DNA of 43,340 bases from a virus (taxonomy: Duplodnaviria; Caudoviricetes). This document shows positions 7,896-17,062 of the stretch, piece by piece. The notes beneath the pieces were generated by a model. That model saw only the letters and a list, made by a program, of their open reading frames with translations. It was not told the origin of the DNA and did not search any database. The stretch is taken from IMG/VR virus record IMGVR_UViG_3300029145_000007, positions 1 through 43,340 of that record; one strand, written 5' to 3'. The number at the start of each line of letters is the position of its first letter. The first letter of the stretch is position 1. A program made the position numbers and the translations under genes.

Positions 7896-8390
7896 CTATC
7901 CCGAGACTCCCTCAATTTTTTTCAATCGCTTTTCTTCCCTTCTAAGCAATGGTCGAATAGTCCCGACGAGATATTCGGCCAGGAGGTAAGGATCGTAAAC
8001 GTCGTTTTCGTCACGAAACGGCAACGGTCCCATTTTGATTTGTTCCAATGTCCGGACTCGAGACTCTCCGAGGAATTCCGCGAACTCCTTTGTCATTCCT
8101 TTTCCCTCGGGTCCGTTGCAGGTCGCGCATTGAGGCCAAACGTTAAGGAGTAAATGAGCGGTTTGTTTGCACTTCCGCCCGATGAAATGCCCTCCTTGAA
8201 TCGCCTTATCTCGGTAGACGTAAACGTCTCCGCAAGTCACGCAAGCGACGAGGCCCTTTTCGTCCGCGCGTTTGTATACGGCAAGCTTTTGGACGTCCGG
8301 CAAAAGAAACTTACTCCAATGTTTAGGAGTCATTAAGGTTTTGAGTTTTTCCTCGACGAATTTCTCTATCTTTCGGTCAATCGCGTTCAT
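7896..8390 (-). CDS. ninG: NinG/Rap-like (HNH-type) recombination endonuclease
   Basis: CVTCG...QGGHFIGR...NVWPQCATCN. Confidence 0.8.
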   Translation of the reverse strand: MNAIDRKIEKFVEEKLKTLMTPKHWSKFLLPDVQKLAVYKRADEKGLVACVTCGDVYVYRDKAIQGGHFIGRKCKQTAHLLLNVWPQCATCNGPEGKGMTKEFAEFLGESRVRTLEQIKMGPLPFRDENDVYDPYLLAEYLVGTIRPLLRREEKRLKKIEGVSG

Positions 8391-9297
8391 GCTCTGCTTT
8401 CATCCTTTCCGCTATCCATCTAACAACCGGGACCGAGACCGCGTTCCCCATTTGGGAATATCGGTGAATGTCGGCAATCCCCGCGGTCAACGTAAACGAC
8501 TTTCCCTCTTTCAAAAACGATCGTTGAGGACCGTTACTCCCCTCTCGATAGAGCGCCTCGCCTTTGATGACAATATCGACCGCGCCTTTAAAGTCACGCT
8601 CGAGCAACGTCGAGGACTTGTCGGTCTCGACATACTTTCCGAATTTCCTCATTGCAAAGACGGCTAAGTTTTTGTCGTCGCATTGTCGCCGCCCTGAGCG
8701 ATTTCCGTTAGCGCTTGCCGTAAGTGTAATACGTTTCCGTTTTCGCTTGCCCTCCGCAGGATTCCGGAACAAGCTTTCGGGCTCAAATAATATTCGGGAG
8801 GGACCTCGGACGTCTCCAAGACATCCAACAATGAACAATCTACGGCGAGTTTGGGGGATTCCGAAATATTGAGAGTCAAACACTCTCCACGAAACGCCAT
8901 ACCCGAGCCTCTCCAAGTCTGAGAGGCATCGTCCGAAATATCGTCCGTTTTCACTTGTGAGCAAATCGCGGACGTTCTCGAGTAGAATCCAACGGGGAGA
9001 ACTTCTTTCGAGAGCTTCGACAATAAATCGCCATCCGTCTCGCTCATCAGCGCTCCCGCGACGATCTCCGGCCATTGAATGAGGTTGACAGGGGAATCCG
9101 GCGACGAGGACGTCGTATCGAAAAGCTCTCCTTGTGGCATACTCGCAACTCTTGTAAAGGATTGATCTTGGAAAATGACGACGGAGGATCAATTGACATT
9201 TGGGATTGTGTTCGGCTTGGAAAATCGCCTCTCCGATTCCCTTAAATCCGAGCTCAAAACCACCCACTCCCGAAAACAATGATCCTAATCGGAGCAT
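8377..9297 (-). CDS. DNA (cytosine-5) methyltransferase, alpha polypeptide (lacks motif IX)
   Basis: LFSGVGG (I), GFPCQPHS (IV), ENV (VI), QTRRRLF (VIII), QMGNAV (X). Confidence 0.93.
   Translation of the reverse strand: MLRLGSLFSGVGGFELGFKGIGEAIFQAEHNPKCQLILRRHFPRSILYKSCEYATRRAFRYDVLVAGFPCQPHSMAGDRRGSADERDGWRFIVEALERSSPRWILLENVRDLLTSENGRYFGRCLSDLERLGYGVSWRVFDSQYFGIPQTRRRLFIVGCLGDVRGPSRILFEPESLFRNPAEGKRKRKRITLTASANGNRSGRRQCDDKNLAVFAMRKFGKYVETDKSSTLLERDFKGAVDIVIKGEALYREGSNGPQRSFLKEGKSFTLTAGIADIHRYSQMGNAVSVPVVRWIAERMKAEHERD
8664..9140 (-). CDS. Nested alternative-frame beta subunit of the C5 methyltransferase (M.EcoHK31I-type)
   Basis: 158 aa ORF in the +1 frame inside the MTase, with SLLDVLE...YYLSPKACSGILRRA. 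Confidence 0.72.
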   Translation of the reverse strand: MPQGELFDTTSSSPDSPVNLIQWPEIVAGALMSETDGDLLSKLSKEVLPVGFYSRTSAICSQVKTDDISDDASQTWRGSGMAFRGECLTLNISESPKLAVDCSLLDVLETSEVPPEYYLSPKACSGILRRASENGNVLHLRQALTEIAQGGDNATTKT

Positions 9298-10229
9298 GAC
9301 AAAGACTCCTTGAGTTTCTCGAGTCGTTGATTCGTCAAATCAACTTGAGATTGACGGACATCGATTCCGCAATATTGGCGACCGTTTCGGATTGCCGCGG
9401 CCGCGGACGTACCCGATCCGATGAATGGATCAAAGACAATTCCGTCCGGAGGACAAAACGACTTGACGAAAAACTCGGCGAGCCACTCGGGGAACGGCGC
9501 CTCGTTCTCGTGGGCGAGATCGTCTCCCATATGACCCTTGCCGACGTTGCCTTTTATGACGTTTGCCGGATTCGCCAGCTTGGGAGGAACGTATCCCTCC
9601 GCGGTTTGAATGTCCCCGTTTTTTGATCCTCGAGTCCCGACTCCCTTTTTCGTTACTACCTCGTGAGACGGTCGACCGGACTTTTGACGAGATCCATCTT
9701 TCCGTCGATTATTGCCTCCCTTTTCGACCGCTCCTCCCCATTGATTCCGGCGAGTCCCATCGGAAAGTCGATGACTCATCGCTCCCCCGGGCGCCCACTT
9801 AGGAGGATGACCGCAAGCCGTATTATCGGACCAAGGGAGTTTTCCTCCGGAGGTCGCGCATATGATCAACTCGTAATCGTTCCGTAACCAATCGGGGCCC
9901 CCGCTGCCAGGAATTCCGACTCGTTGGAATATCGGAGGTTTTCTCAAGTGGATTCCCGCTCTCTTGAGATCAGCGACCAAAAGAAACGGGGTCGCCGAGT
10001 AATTGAATTTGTGAGTCTTTCCCTCGACCACCCAAGCGACAAGACCTTTTGTCACCCGAACGCATTCGACGAACCTCTCGAGCGCCCAATCGACCCAATC
10101 TTGACCCTTGAGAGAAAAGTCGATTCCATAGGTCCGAGCGTCCTCGTATGGAGGCGAACAAAAGCAGAGGTCGAAAGAGTTGTCGGCAAACATTTTCATT
10201 TGTTTGAGACAATCGCCTTTGATGATCAT
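9285..10229 (-). CDS. Amino (N4-C/N6-A) DNA methyltransferase, beta class
   Basis: CSPPY before HEAPFP-like HENEAPFP and DPFIGSGTS. Confidence 0.92.
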   Translation of the reverse strand: MIIKGDCLKQMKMFADNSFDLCFCSPPYEDARTYGIDFSLKGQDWVDWALERFVECVRVTKGLVAWVVEGKTHKFNYSATPFLLVADLKRAGIHLRKPPIFQRVGIPGSGGPDWLRNDYELIICATSGGKLPWSDNTACGHPPKWAPGGAMSHRLSDGTRRNQWGGAVEKGGNNRRKDGSRQKSGRPSHEVVTKKGVGTRGSKNGDIQTAEGYVPPKLANPANVIKGNVGKGHMGDDLAHENEAPFPEWLAEFFVKSFCPPDGIVFDPFIGSGTSAAAAIRNGRQYCGIDVRQSQVDLTNQRLEKLKESLSCSD

Positions 10230-10675
10230 TACGCCGGCGCCCCGTTCTGAGATTCTTTGAAGTCCTCGCGCTCTCCGGATAACGCCTTGACTTGATCGGG
10301 AGTCAACTCGGGTCGCTTTTCGATCTGCGCTTTGAGCTCCGCGATCTTTTGATTCTGAGTCTTTCGGGATTGGCTCAAAGTCCGGATTGCGGTTTTCAAA
10401 TCTTCGTTATCGCTTTGTAATTCGGTGACTTTTGCCTCGAGTCCGATAAGCTTGTTTTCCAGCTGCTTGACCCTCTCCATTGCAAGAGTCACCGACATAA
10501 CTTGATATTGTTTAAGGAGACGATCCAACGGCTCGAGGAGGATATCGATCTCGCCCTCTGCCTTTTCCCTGATCTTCTCGATTTTGGTCAACGAGTTGTC
10601 GTATTGCTCTTGACGCTCCGCCATATCTTTGACTTGAGACGAAAGAGCCGCCACTCTTTTTTCAATCTCGCTCAT
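10229..10675 (-). CDS. Coiled-coil protein
   Basis: Heptad-rich; likely start MSEIEK at 10675. Confidence 0.7.
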   Translation of the reverse strand: MSEIEKRVAALSSQVKDMAERQEQYDNSLTKIEKIREKAEGEIDILLEPLDRLLKQYQVMSVTLAMERVKQLENKLIGLEAKVTELQSDNEDLKTAIRTLSQSRKTQNQKIAELKAQIEKRPELTPDQVKALSGEREDFKESQNGAPA

Positions 10676-12212
10676 AAGCGATAAGCCTTTCCTTTGGTAC
10701 TTCTTTAATCGGGAGAAACCATTCGGTCTCATTGATCGGCATCAACGGGAGGTCTTTCGGAGGATAGCTCCAATACGACTCCCGCGCGATAGCGTGGTAA
10801 AGTTGCGAGAATGTCATTTTCTCACAAGTCGGCTTTTGAGACTTTTTAACCGCGAGGACTCGGTAAGCCCATTTTTTCTCGAGGTTCTCCGTCCGCTTTG
10901 CCATCTTTCGAATTTTGAATTGAGTATTTTTCAACTCCTTGAGAGTCCCGTCGACTTGGAGGACCGCTCTCGTCTTTCCGATCCAAGAGTCGCCGCAATG
11001 CTGACAACGGAGACCCATCCGGACCATTGAGCATTTCGGACATACTATCGGCTGTTTTTCCTTTTGATCGTGGCATCGCTCCGACCGCCTGGCATGTTCG
11101 ATACGGTCGTTTGAGGTAATCTCCCAAAACCGATCGGCATTCAATGACCCGTGTCGCCAATAGTTCCCGCCGTGATCCTGAATGATTACGTGATCCATCG
11201 AGGAGTGATTTCGGAGCAATCGTCCGCCCGCTTGAATGTAAGCCGTCAACGACCCGAAAACCGTCGCGAATATCCCGTGGTAAAGAAAAGGCCAATCGAT
11301 CCCCTCCCTCAAGACGAAACGATTACAAATGACGTTGATCTCGCCCGACTCGACCATTTTCTCGATTTGGTCCCGTCGACTCTGATTGATCGGAAAGATC
11401 TCTCCCTTGATCATGCAATAATCGGAATCGATATGAGCCGCGGTTATTCCTCTGCGCTCGAGGTGGAGAGCGAACCATTTTGACTCCTCGACTCCCGAGG
11501 CGAAAAGAACCGCGGGACGCCTCTCGGGGTTGTATCGGTGATAATGTTCGACGACTCTCCCGAATACTTGCTGAGTGTATTTCATCCGCTTTCCCGCCGA
11601 GATCGCGACCTCGCCTCCCGTGGTATCGACCTTGCCGACAAGTTTCTCGGATGGCTCATCGGGAGCGAAGTATTTCGCGCCGTGCTGGACGTGGGATCCG
11701 CAATCCCTCAACTCGGAATTTTTACCCGCTTGGATAAGCTTGTCGTAAATGTGAGAGATCCCGAGGGGCGTCGCCGTAAATCCAATCAAAATACAATTTG
11801 GATTCATGCGAACGTGTTCTCGGAATATCCGTTGACAAGACTCTCCGCCGTTGTTGTGAGCCTCATCGACGAATATCTCGTCCGACTCGGGGACCTCTCC
11901 TCCTCGTTTGATAGCGGACGCCATCGTTTGCAACATTGCGAGTTGAATATCCTCGTCAACGCTTGGACTATGTCCCGCGGCTATCAATCCGTAATTGATC
12001 TCCTCGTCCCTAAATTTCGCCGCGGTTTGCTCAAAAAGCATTACCCGATTCGTGTAGAGAGTCGTTCTCTTTCGGGTCTCTTGGGTCCTCGTAATCATCA
12101 TTCGAGTTTTGCCGGCGCCCGTTGATGCTTGGACGCAAATTCGGCGATAACCATCTTTGATGGCTTGATCGATTTGATCTAACGCGCTTCGTTGATGCTT
12201 CCAAAGGCTCAA
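10662..12212 (-). CDS. SF2 DEAH-box helicase (RadD/YejH-like) with C-terminal Zn finger
   Basis: STGAGKT, DEAH, TATP, LREGIDWP, QAGGR.LR, CPKC..CQHC. Probable TTG start at 12212 after GGAGG. Confidence 0.9.
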   Translation of the reverse strand: MSLWKHQRSALDQIDQAIKDGYRRICVQASTGAGKTRMMITRTQETRKRTTLYTNRVMLFEQTAAKFRDEEINYGLIAAGHSPSVDEDIQLAMLQTMASAIKRGGEVPESDEIFVDEAHNNGGESCQRIFREHVRMNPNCILIGFTATPLGISHIYDKLIQAGKNSELRDCGSHVQHGAKYFAPDEPSEKLVGKVDTTGGEVAISAGKRMKYTQQVFGRVVEHYHRYNPERRPAVLFASGVEESKWFALHLERRGITAAHIDSDYCMIKGEIFPINQSRRDQIEKMVESGEINVICNRFVLREGIDWPFLYHGIFATVFGSLTAYIQAGGRLLRNHSSMDHVIIQDHGGNYWRHGSLNADRFWEITSNDRIEHARRSERCHDQKEKQPIVCPKCSMVRMGLRCQHCGDSWIGKTRAVLQVDGTLKELKNTQFKIRKMAKRTENLEKKWAYRVLAVKKSQKPTCEKMTFSQLYHAIARESYWSYPPKDLPLMPINETEWFLPIKEVPKERLIAYERD

Positions 12213-12691
12213 AATTGCCTCCAATTCCAAATTAGCAGAACGCAACCGAAAGGAGGTCTCATATTCGGGAGGACCTCTTTTTGATCCGGTTTCAAAAATC
12301 GATATCGGCCAGGCAGAAAGCGACAAGTCAACGGGCTTCCCGCCTTGTCTCGAAACGGCTCGACGAACTCTTGCCACCATCCTTGCTCCGTCCGATTCGC
12401 TGGCAACAAAAGGACGATAATCTCCGCCAACCTCTCCGCCCAAGCTTTCTCCACCCATGGCGCGATTTTGCTATATGGAGGATTGCAATAGACCCTCTCG
12501 TCTTTCCATGACTTGGACAAGCCGTCCGTTTGCTCGGTATAGAATCGATCGAGCTTGGCGTTATGGCTTGCCGCGGCCACGTCGACCGAGAACCGAAACT
12601 CCTCATTGAGTTTATCGAAATCAGCTTGAGGGAGAGCCCGATCGTCCGCGCCCTCTTTTCGGGATGAGTTCAAACCTGAGAGCGTTGGCAT
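12209..12691 (-). CDS. Phage N6-adenine DNA methyltransferase (phage Dam-like family)
   Basis: F..DVAA..HNAK...FYT...DGL...W...VYCNPPYS. Confidence 0.88.
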   Translation of the reverse strand: MPTLSGLNSSRKEGADDRALPQADFDKLNEEFRFSVDVAAASHNAKLDRFYTEQTDGLSKSWKDERVYCNPPYSKIAPWVEKAWAERLAEIIVLLLPANRTEQGWWQEFVEPFRDKAGSPLTCRFLPGRYRFLKPDQKEVLPNMRPPFGCVLLIWNWRQF

Positions 12692-13041
12692 TATCCCACC
12701 TTTACCCCATCTTTCCCAAAGACAAACGAAAGTCCAAAGTCGCAAATTACAAGGTAAGACTCCCCCTCTTTCACGTAGTTTTTTTGTGAAATAAACGGGA
12801 CAAGCTTATCGACGATCTCCTCTCTCATTTTTGCTTTTGGAGTCGGCAACTCGGAATGATGCTCGAGATAATGCTCCTTTGTAACTCCGAATCGAGCCAC
12901 GTCGGGAACCGGATCAAACCAATCGACCATAATCATTTGGACGGGAACGCCACCACCAAAACAAAATGAGCTAGGAAACTGTCTCGGGAGTTGAAAGACC
13001 CGACAAAAGTTATTCCACCCATCGACCAAAAACGTATCCAT
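12691..13041 (-). CDS. Hypothetical protein
   Basis: Stop/start overlaps at both ends. Confidence 0.7.
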   Translation of the reverse strand: MDTFLVDGWNNFCRVFQLPRQFPSSFCFGGGVPVQMIMVDWFDPVPDVARFGVTKEHYLEHHSELPTPKAKMREEIVDKLVPFISQKNYVKEGESYLVICDFGLSFVFGKDGVKVG

Positions 13042-13502
13042 TATTCCCCCATCTTGAGACAACCGTCTCGCGAGCAATTGACGTGAAAATGACCATTTGA
13101 CTCCGCCGTCGAGAATCGCATATCGGAACCGCAGAGAGGGCAGGGCATAACGCCGAGCTTTCTCCCTCTGAGTCCCGCGATTGCTTTCGCCGCCGCGAAT
13201 CCGTAAACGCGGAGCTCGGTCATAATGCCTTGCTCCACGTACTCGAAGTAAGCCTCCGGAAGCCTAACGAAAACTCCTCTTTTTTGAACAAGCTCGAGGA
13301 GCTTCTCAATCTTGGCATTGTCGAGAATTGGCTCGGGGAGCTCCGGCTCATCCGTTTTGTCCGATGCCTCTTGATACCGTTTGACGAACGCCAAGACATA
13401 AGACCTTTCCCCGTTGGAATCTTTAAACTCCTCAAGACCGGAGTTATTTTCCAACGCAGACCAAATAGCGTATTCAAGATCCTTCGCAACTTCAGTTTTC
13501 AT
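13041..13502 (-). CDS. Hypothetical protein with C-terminal Zn ribbon
   Basis: CPLCG...NGHFHVNC....C. Confidence 0.7.
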   Translation of the reverse strand: MKTEVAKDLEYAIWSALENNSGLEEFKDSNGERSYVLAFVKRYQEASDKTDEPELPEPILDNAKIEKLLELVQKRGVFVRLPEAYFEYVEQGIMTELRVYGFAAAKAIAGLRGRKLGVMPCPLCGSDMRFSTAESNGHFHVNCSRDGCLKMGE

Positions 13503-13681
13503 TTATCCCTTATCCAATCGATTGCTGTTTGAACGTTGTCAGAATCGGCACAATCTCCAAGCTGAACCGTTTCAAAATCGACGTTTACCTCTATTTGATT
13601 TTCTCGGCTGATCTCAATTGTCGCATCGAAATTGATTAACAACTTTCGAAACTCGACTAAAAATTCCTCTATGTTATCCAT
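13499..13681 (-). CDS. Small hypothetical protein
   Basis: 60 aa coupled ORF. Confidence 0.6.
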   Translation of the reverse strand: MDNIEEFLVEFRKLLINFDATIEISRENQIEVNVDFETVQLGDCADSDNVQTAIDWIRDK

Positions 13682-14495
13682 CGCTCAACCCCGATATCTT
13701 TTTGATCATTTCGAGGACCTCGTCGAGCTTCTTTGTAAACTCGTCCTGATCCTCGTCGAATACGTCCTCGGGGAGAACTGCCTCCGCTCCCATATGGACC
13801 TTTGTCATATCCAAAACGACCCGCCTCAACTCGCCGACGTTTTTCAATGCCGTTGCTTGAAGATCCTCGAGAGCCTCTTTCTTTTTCTCCTCGGGGAGCT
13901 CCTCTCCGACCCTGATCTTTGTATTCTTTGGGATCTTGGGCTCGTCGCTTTTTTCCTCGTCTCCTGGCTGATCGTCGTCGTTTTGATTTTCCGATTCCTC
14001 CTCGTCCTCTTTCTCTTTTGCCTTGCGAGCCGCCTCCTCCACTTGGCGCCGAATCTTACTCACAAACGTATGACTTACCGAGCAAATATCCGCGAGCTTT
14101 CGGTCGGATTGTCCCGCAAACGTTTGAATACCCAAAGCAATTTCAACGGCGTTTTGTTTGTCCGCTCGAGTCCGTCGGAGACCGTGGTCGGCGTTCGCTC
14201 CGAGAGCCTTTCTCTTGGCATCCTCGAGAGTTCCCTCCTCGACGTTGCATCGGACAAGCCTTTGATTTGCTTTGATTGCTGAATAAAACCGATGGAATCC
14301 GTCCCAAGGATAATTTTTTCCGTCGCTATCCCTGACAACTTCGATCGGTTCTTTGAAAGGCCAATAGTCCTCGTCTTTGTCGTCGCGATCGTAAAGCTCC
14401 GAATATTCGTCGACCGTTTCATTCGAGAGAAAAAGTCTTACTTGCGTTCCTGCCTCGGTTTCAATGTCCGAGATTTTTATCCATTCTTCCGCCAT
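13674..14495 (-). CDS. ParB/Srx-like N-terminal domain protein with HTH
   Basis: DGFHR motif, ANADHGLRRT.ADK, HTH SDRKLADICSVSHTFVSKIR. Confidence 0.85.
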   Translation of the reverse strand: MAEEWIKISDIETEAGTQVRLFLSNETVDEYSELYDRDDKDEDYWPFKEPIEVVRDSDGKNYPWDGFHRFYSAIKANQRLVRCNVEEGTLEDAKRKALGANADHGLRRTRADKQNAVEIALGIQTFAGQSDRKLADICSVSHTFVSKIRRQVEEAARKAKEKEDEEESENQNDDDQPGDEEKSDEPKIPKNTKIRVGEELPEEKKKEALEDLQATALKNVGELRRVVLDMTKVHMGAEAVLPEDVFDEDQDEFTKKLDEVLEMIKKISGLSDG

Positions 14496-14508
14496 GCGAA
14501 AAGCCTTT

Positions 14509-14778
14509 CTATTTTGGGATGATTATTTCGGAAGTGTAAAAAGGAGGATGAGCCTCCCGATCTTTCACAAGTACGATTTTCCGAATATTGTCGCACTTGA
14601 ATTCCCTGATCTCGTCCCGACCGAGGTCAAGACTTATAAAGTTGTTTATCGTCCGCCACCGATACGGAATGACCAATCGGATCGAGACCTTTGTCTTTGT
14701 CACGTAAATAAATCGGACCGCTTGCTCGAGATACATCGCGGACCCGACCGCGCCTTTTATCTGTTTGAGATCCATCAA
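14509..14778 (-). CDS. Hypothetical protein
   Basis: 89 aa, overlaps the upstream stop. Confidence 0.6.
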   Translation of the reverse strand: MMDLKQIKGAVGSAMYLEQAVRFIYVTKTKVSIRLVIPYRWRTINNFISLDLGRDEIREFKCDNIRKIVLVKDREAHPPFYTSEIIIPK

Positions 14779-15842
14779 AACGGAATATCGGTTTCTTTCG
14801 GTTGATCCGGCCCCTCGAGTTGCAATCTCAACGAGTTATATCCCTCTCGTATTTTCTCGCTCGGCAAATTCGTAATTCGCTCCCAAGACTTCGTCCCCCA
14901 ATGCTCCTCGAAAAGAGCGATCTTTTTCTTTTTGACCTCCGCCGATTGTCCGCCTAAATCATGTTTGATCATTAGGCCTTTGATCTCGTCGCTCCAAATC
15001 TCCCTTTGTCGCTTCTCGTTGGCGAAACCGTCTCCCTCCGTTTTTCCCTCGAATAAGTCGGACGAGTTCCGTTGATTCATTGAATCAAAATGACTCCCGC
15101 CAATGTTCAAGGAATCAAAATGAGGTTGTAAATCCTTGAAAGTCGGATAAGGAAACTCCTTGCCGTTGATCTTGTCCGCGCGATCTTTCTCGACGAGGGC
15201 AACGTTTACGAGTTTATTCTCCTCTTTCTTTTTGACCATTTCGATCAAGAGGGACGGCTCGTAAGCCAACTCCTTTTCGGTCGCCATCTTTGACCCGAGA
15301 TTGACTAGCTCGAGCTTTCCGGACTTCGCATTCTCCCGATACTCGTAAACGTTTCCGGCGCGACCGCAAACGATCATATGGACTTTGGAGGAAAGGAACC
15401 GATCGGAAAACCGTTGCCATTCTGCTTTGATTGGGCCCCAATCGTGGAACTCTAGCCCCCATTTCTCGTTGCGACCTTGAGACTTGAGCTTTTGGTTTGC
15501 TTTCGCCAAATAAGAGACTTGAGCGTCTTTCCAAACATGGGTAACGGAGTCGACGATCGCAACGGAGCAACTCTTTTCCGCCTCGTCGATAAAGCCCATT
15601 AAATCCTTGAGCGCTCGAGATTCATCCATTAAGAGAAACTCGATTCCGGCTTTCTCAAACAATGGGATAATGAACGACGCCGCGGGCTCGGTATCAAACA
15701 TCGCGACCGGTTTTTTGAGCTTGTATTGTTGAACTAAACCGATAGCGATTTTCGCCGACGTAAAGGTCTTTCCACTCGCCGCGCCCCCGTAAAGTCCAAC
15801 TTTCGCAAACGCGACTTTATGCTCTGCTTTCTTCAATTTCAT
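14775..15842 (-). CDS. AAA ATPase, Sak4-like recombination protein
   Basis: GLYGGAASGKT, FDTE, IVDSVTH, HMIVCGRA; ends in DIPF. Confidence 0.8.
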   Translation of the reverse strand: MKLKKAEHKVAFAKVGLYGGAASGKTFTSAKIAIGLVQQYKLKKPVAMFDTEPAASFIIPLFEKAGIEFLLMDESRALKDLMGFIDEAEKSCSVAIVDSVTHVWKDAQVSYLAKANQKLKSQGRNEKWGLEFHDWGPIKAEWQRFSDRFLSSKVHMIVCGRAGNVYEYRENAKSGKLELVNLGSKMATEKELAYEPSLLIEMVKKKEENKLVNVALVEKDRADKINGKEFPYPTFKDLQPHFDSLNIGGSHFDSMNQRNSSDLFEGKTEGDGFANEKRQREIWSDEIKGLMIKHDLGGQSAEVKKKKIALFEEHWGTKSWERITNLPSEKIREGYNSLRLQLEGPDQPKETDIPF

Positions 15843-15876
15843 GATAATTCCTCGGTTTGAAATACTTCGAACTTAC

Positions 15877-16203
15877 TCAAAGGATCTGACACGTTGGGAC
15901 AAATCCAATATTCACCGTTTCGAGCATCGCGAAAAATTCGTCTTTCGTGACCGGTCGAAAACCTCCCTCCCCGTTGAGTCGAGCGAGAATCCCTCCCTCG
16001 TCAAACTCTTGAGTCCATCCGTCGGTGATACTGGATAACGTATAATTCTTCCCGCCTCCCGACGCGTTGACGTACCCGATTTTATAAGCCACTGTCGACG
16101 CAAAATTCGGATCGGTCATTTGACCCAACTCTCCCGCGTCATTTCGGACAACAATTCGACCGGAGACCAAATCGTCGGTCTCCCAAACAAACAAAGTTTT
16201 CAT
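15877..16203 (-). CDS. Hypothetical protein
   Basis: 108 aa coupled ORF. Confidence 0.7.
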   Translation of the reverse strand: MKTLFVWETDDLVSGRIVVRNDAGELGQMTDPNFASTVAYKIGYVNASGGGKNYTLSSITDGWTQEFDEGGILARLNGEGGFRPVTKDEFFAMLETVNIGFVPTCQIL

Positions 16204-16691
16204 TCGATTTCCTTTATGCTCAAAACATGCTCTCCGCCCAACGTCTCGCCCTCCTTATACAAGACTCGTCGAAAAAACTTAATTCGCTCGATCTTTGTCG
16301 GGATAGGCTCAACCATCCGGCAAAGGTCCGTTGCAAGCTTGAAATTCAAAAACAATTCCAGCTTAAAACAAGCAATGAGATTGAGACCATTCTTTCTCAT
16401 CGATATGAATTCGATCCGCTCCGATTCGATATCCTCGATATCTCCCTTACAGAGCGAGCCGCCGATCTCCCATCCCTTTTCGATCAACTCAATCGCTTGA
16501 TAAATATCGACCCTTGCGAAAACGTCAAGATCTTTCGGGTCGTCAAATGGTCCATACCAAGCCGATCCGGTCATCAATGGAGTAAATCCCAAGACGTCGA
16601 AAACCTCTTGAAACGCCTCCTTTTGATTCGCATCGAATCGACCGTAAAACTCTTTGACAGTGGGCTTAGTCAACGATAAAGCTCCAAACAA
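16200..16691 (-). CDS. Minimal pol-beta-superfamily nucleotidyltransferase
   Basis: hhTGS.hYG......DhDh motif (LMTGSAWYGPFDDPKDLDVF); start uncertain. Confidence 0.65.
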   Translation of the reverse strand: MFGALSLTKPTVKEFYGRFDANQKEAFQEVFDVLGFTPLMTGSAWYGPFDDPKDLDVFARVDIYQAIELIEKGWEIGGSLCKGDIEDIESERIEFISMRKNGLNLIACFKLELFLNFKLATDLCRMVEPIPTKIERIKFFRRVLYKEGETLGGEHVLSIKEIE

Positions 16692-16779
16692 TTTGAAAGA
16701 CAGCTAATCCGGCGACGCCGATCAAAATGATCGACGCGCACACACAAACGACGATAGCCTCGAAATCTCGAGATCTCAT
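16666..16779 (-). CDS. Single-TM peptide (37 aa), not in ORF track
   Basis: ATGA overlap with the csrA stop; [37 protein letters not shown]. Confidence 0.6.
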   Translation of the reverse strand: MRSRDFEAIVVCVCASIILIGVAGLAVFQIVWSFIVD

Positions 16780-17036
16780 TGCGTCGCTTGGGTCTCTCGA
16801 AACTCTTTCATCGAGTCCGAGTTTTGAGCTTTGTTGACAGCCGCGGCTATTTGCTCATCGGAGAGAGGCTCGATTTTCTCGTCCGAATATTGCTCGAGTT
16901 CACCGCGGACGATCCGGATATTGTCGGGAGCATTTATCCCAATCTTGACCGTCCCTCCCTTCAATTGGAGGATTTGGATTTCGATTCCGCCATCGATAAC
17001 GATCGATTGATTTTTTTTACGAGATAAAACCAACAT
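16776..17036 (-). CDS. csrA: Carbon storage regulator CsrA/RsmA
   Basis: [14 protein letters not shown]...[14 protein letters not shown]; ATG at 17036. Confidence 0.93.
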   Translation of the reverse strand: MLVLSRKKNQSIVIDGGIEIQILQLKGGTVKIGINAPDNIRIVRGELEQYSDEKIEPLSDEQIAAAVNKAQNSDSMKEFRETQATQ

Positions 17037-17062
17037 AGAAAAATTCCCTTTCGAAAAGTCGT

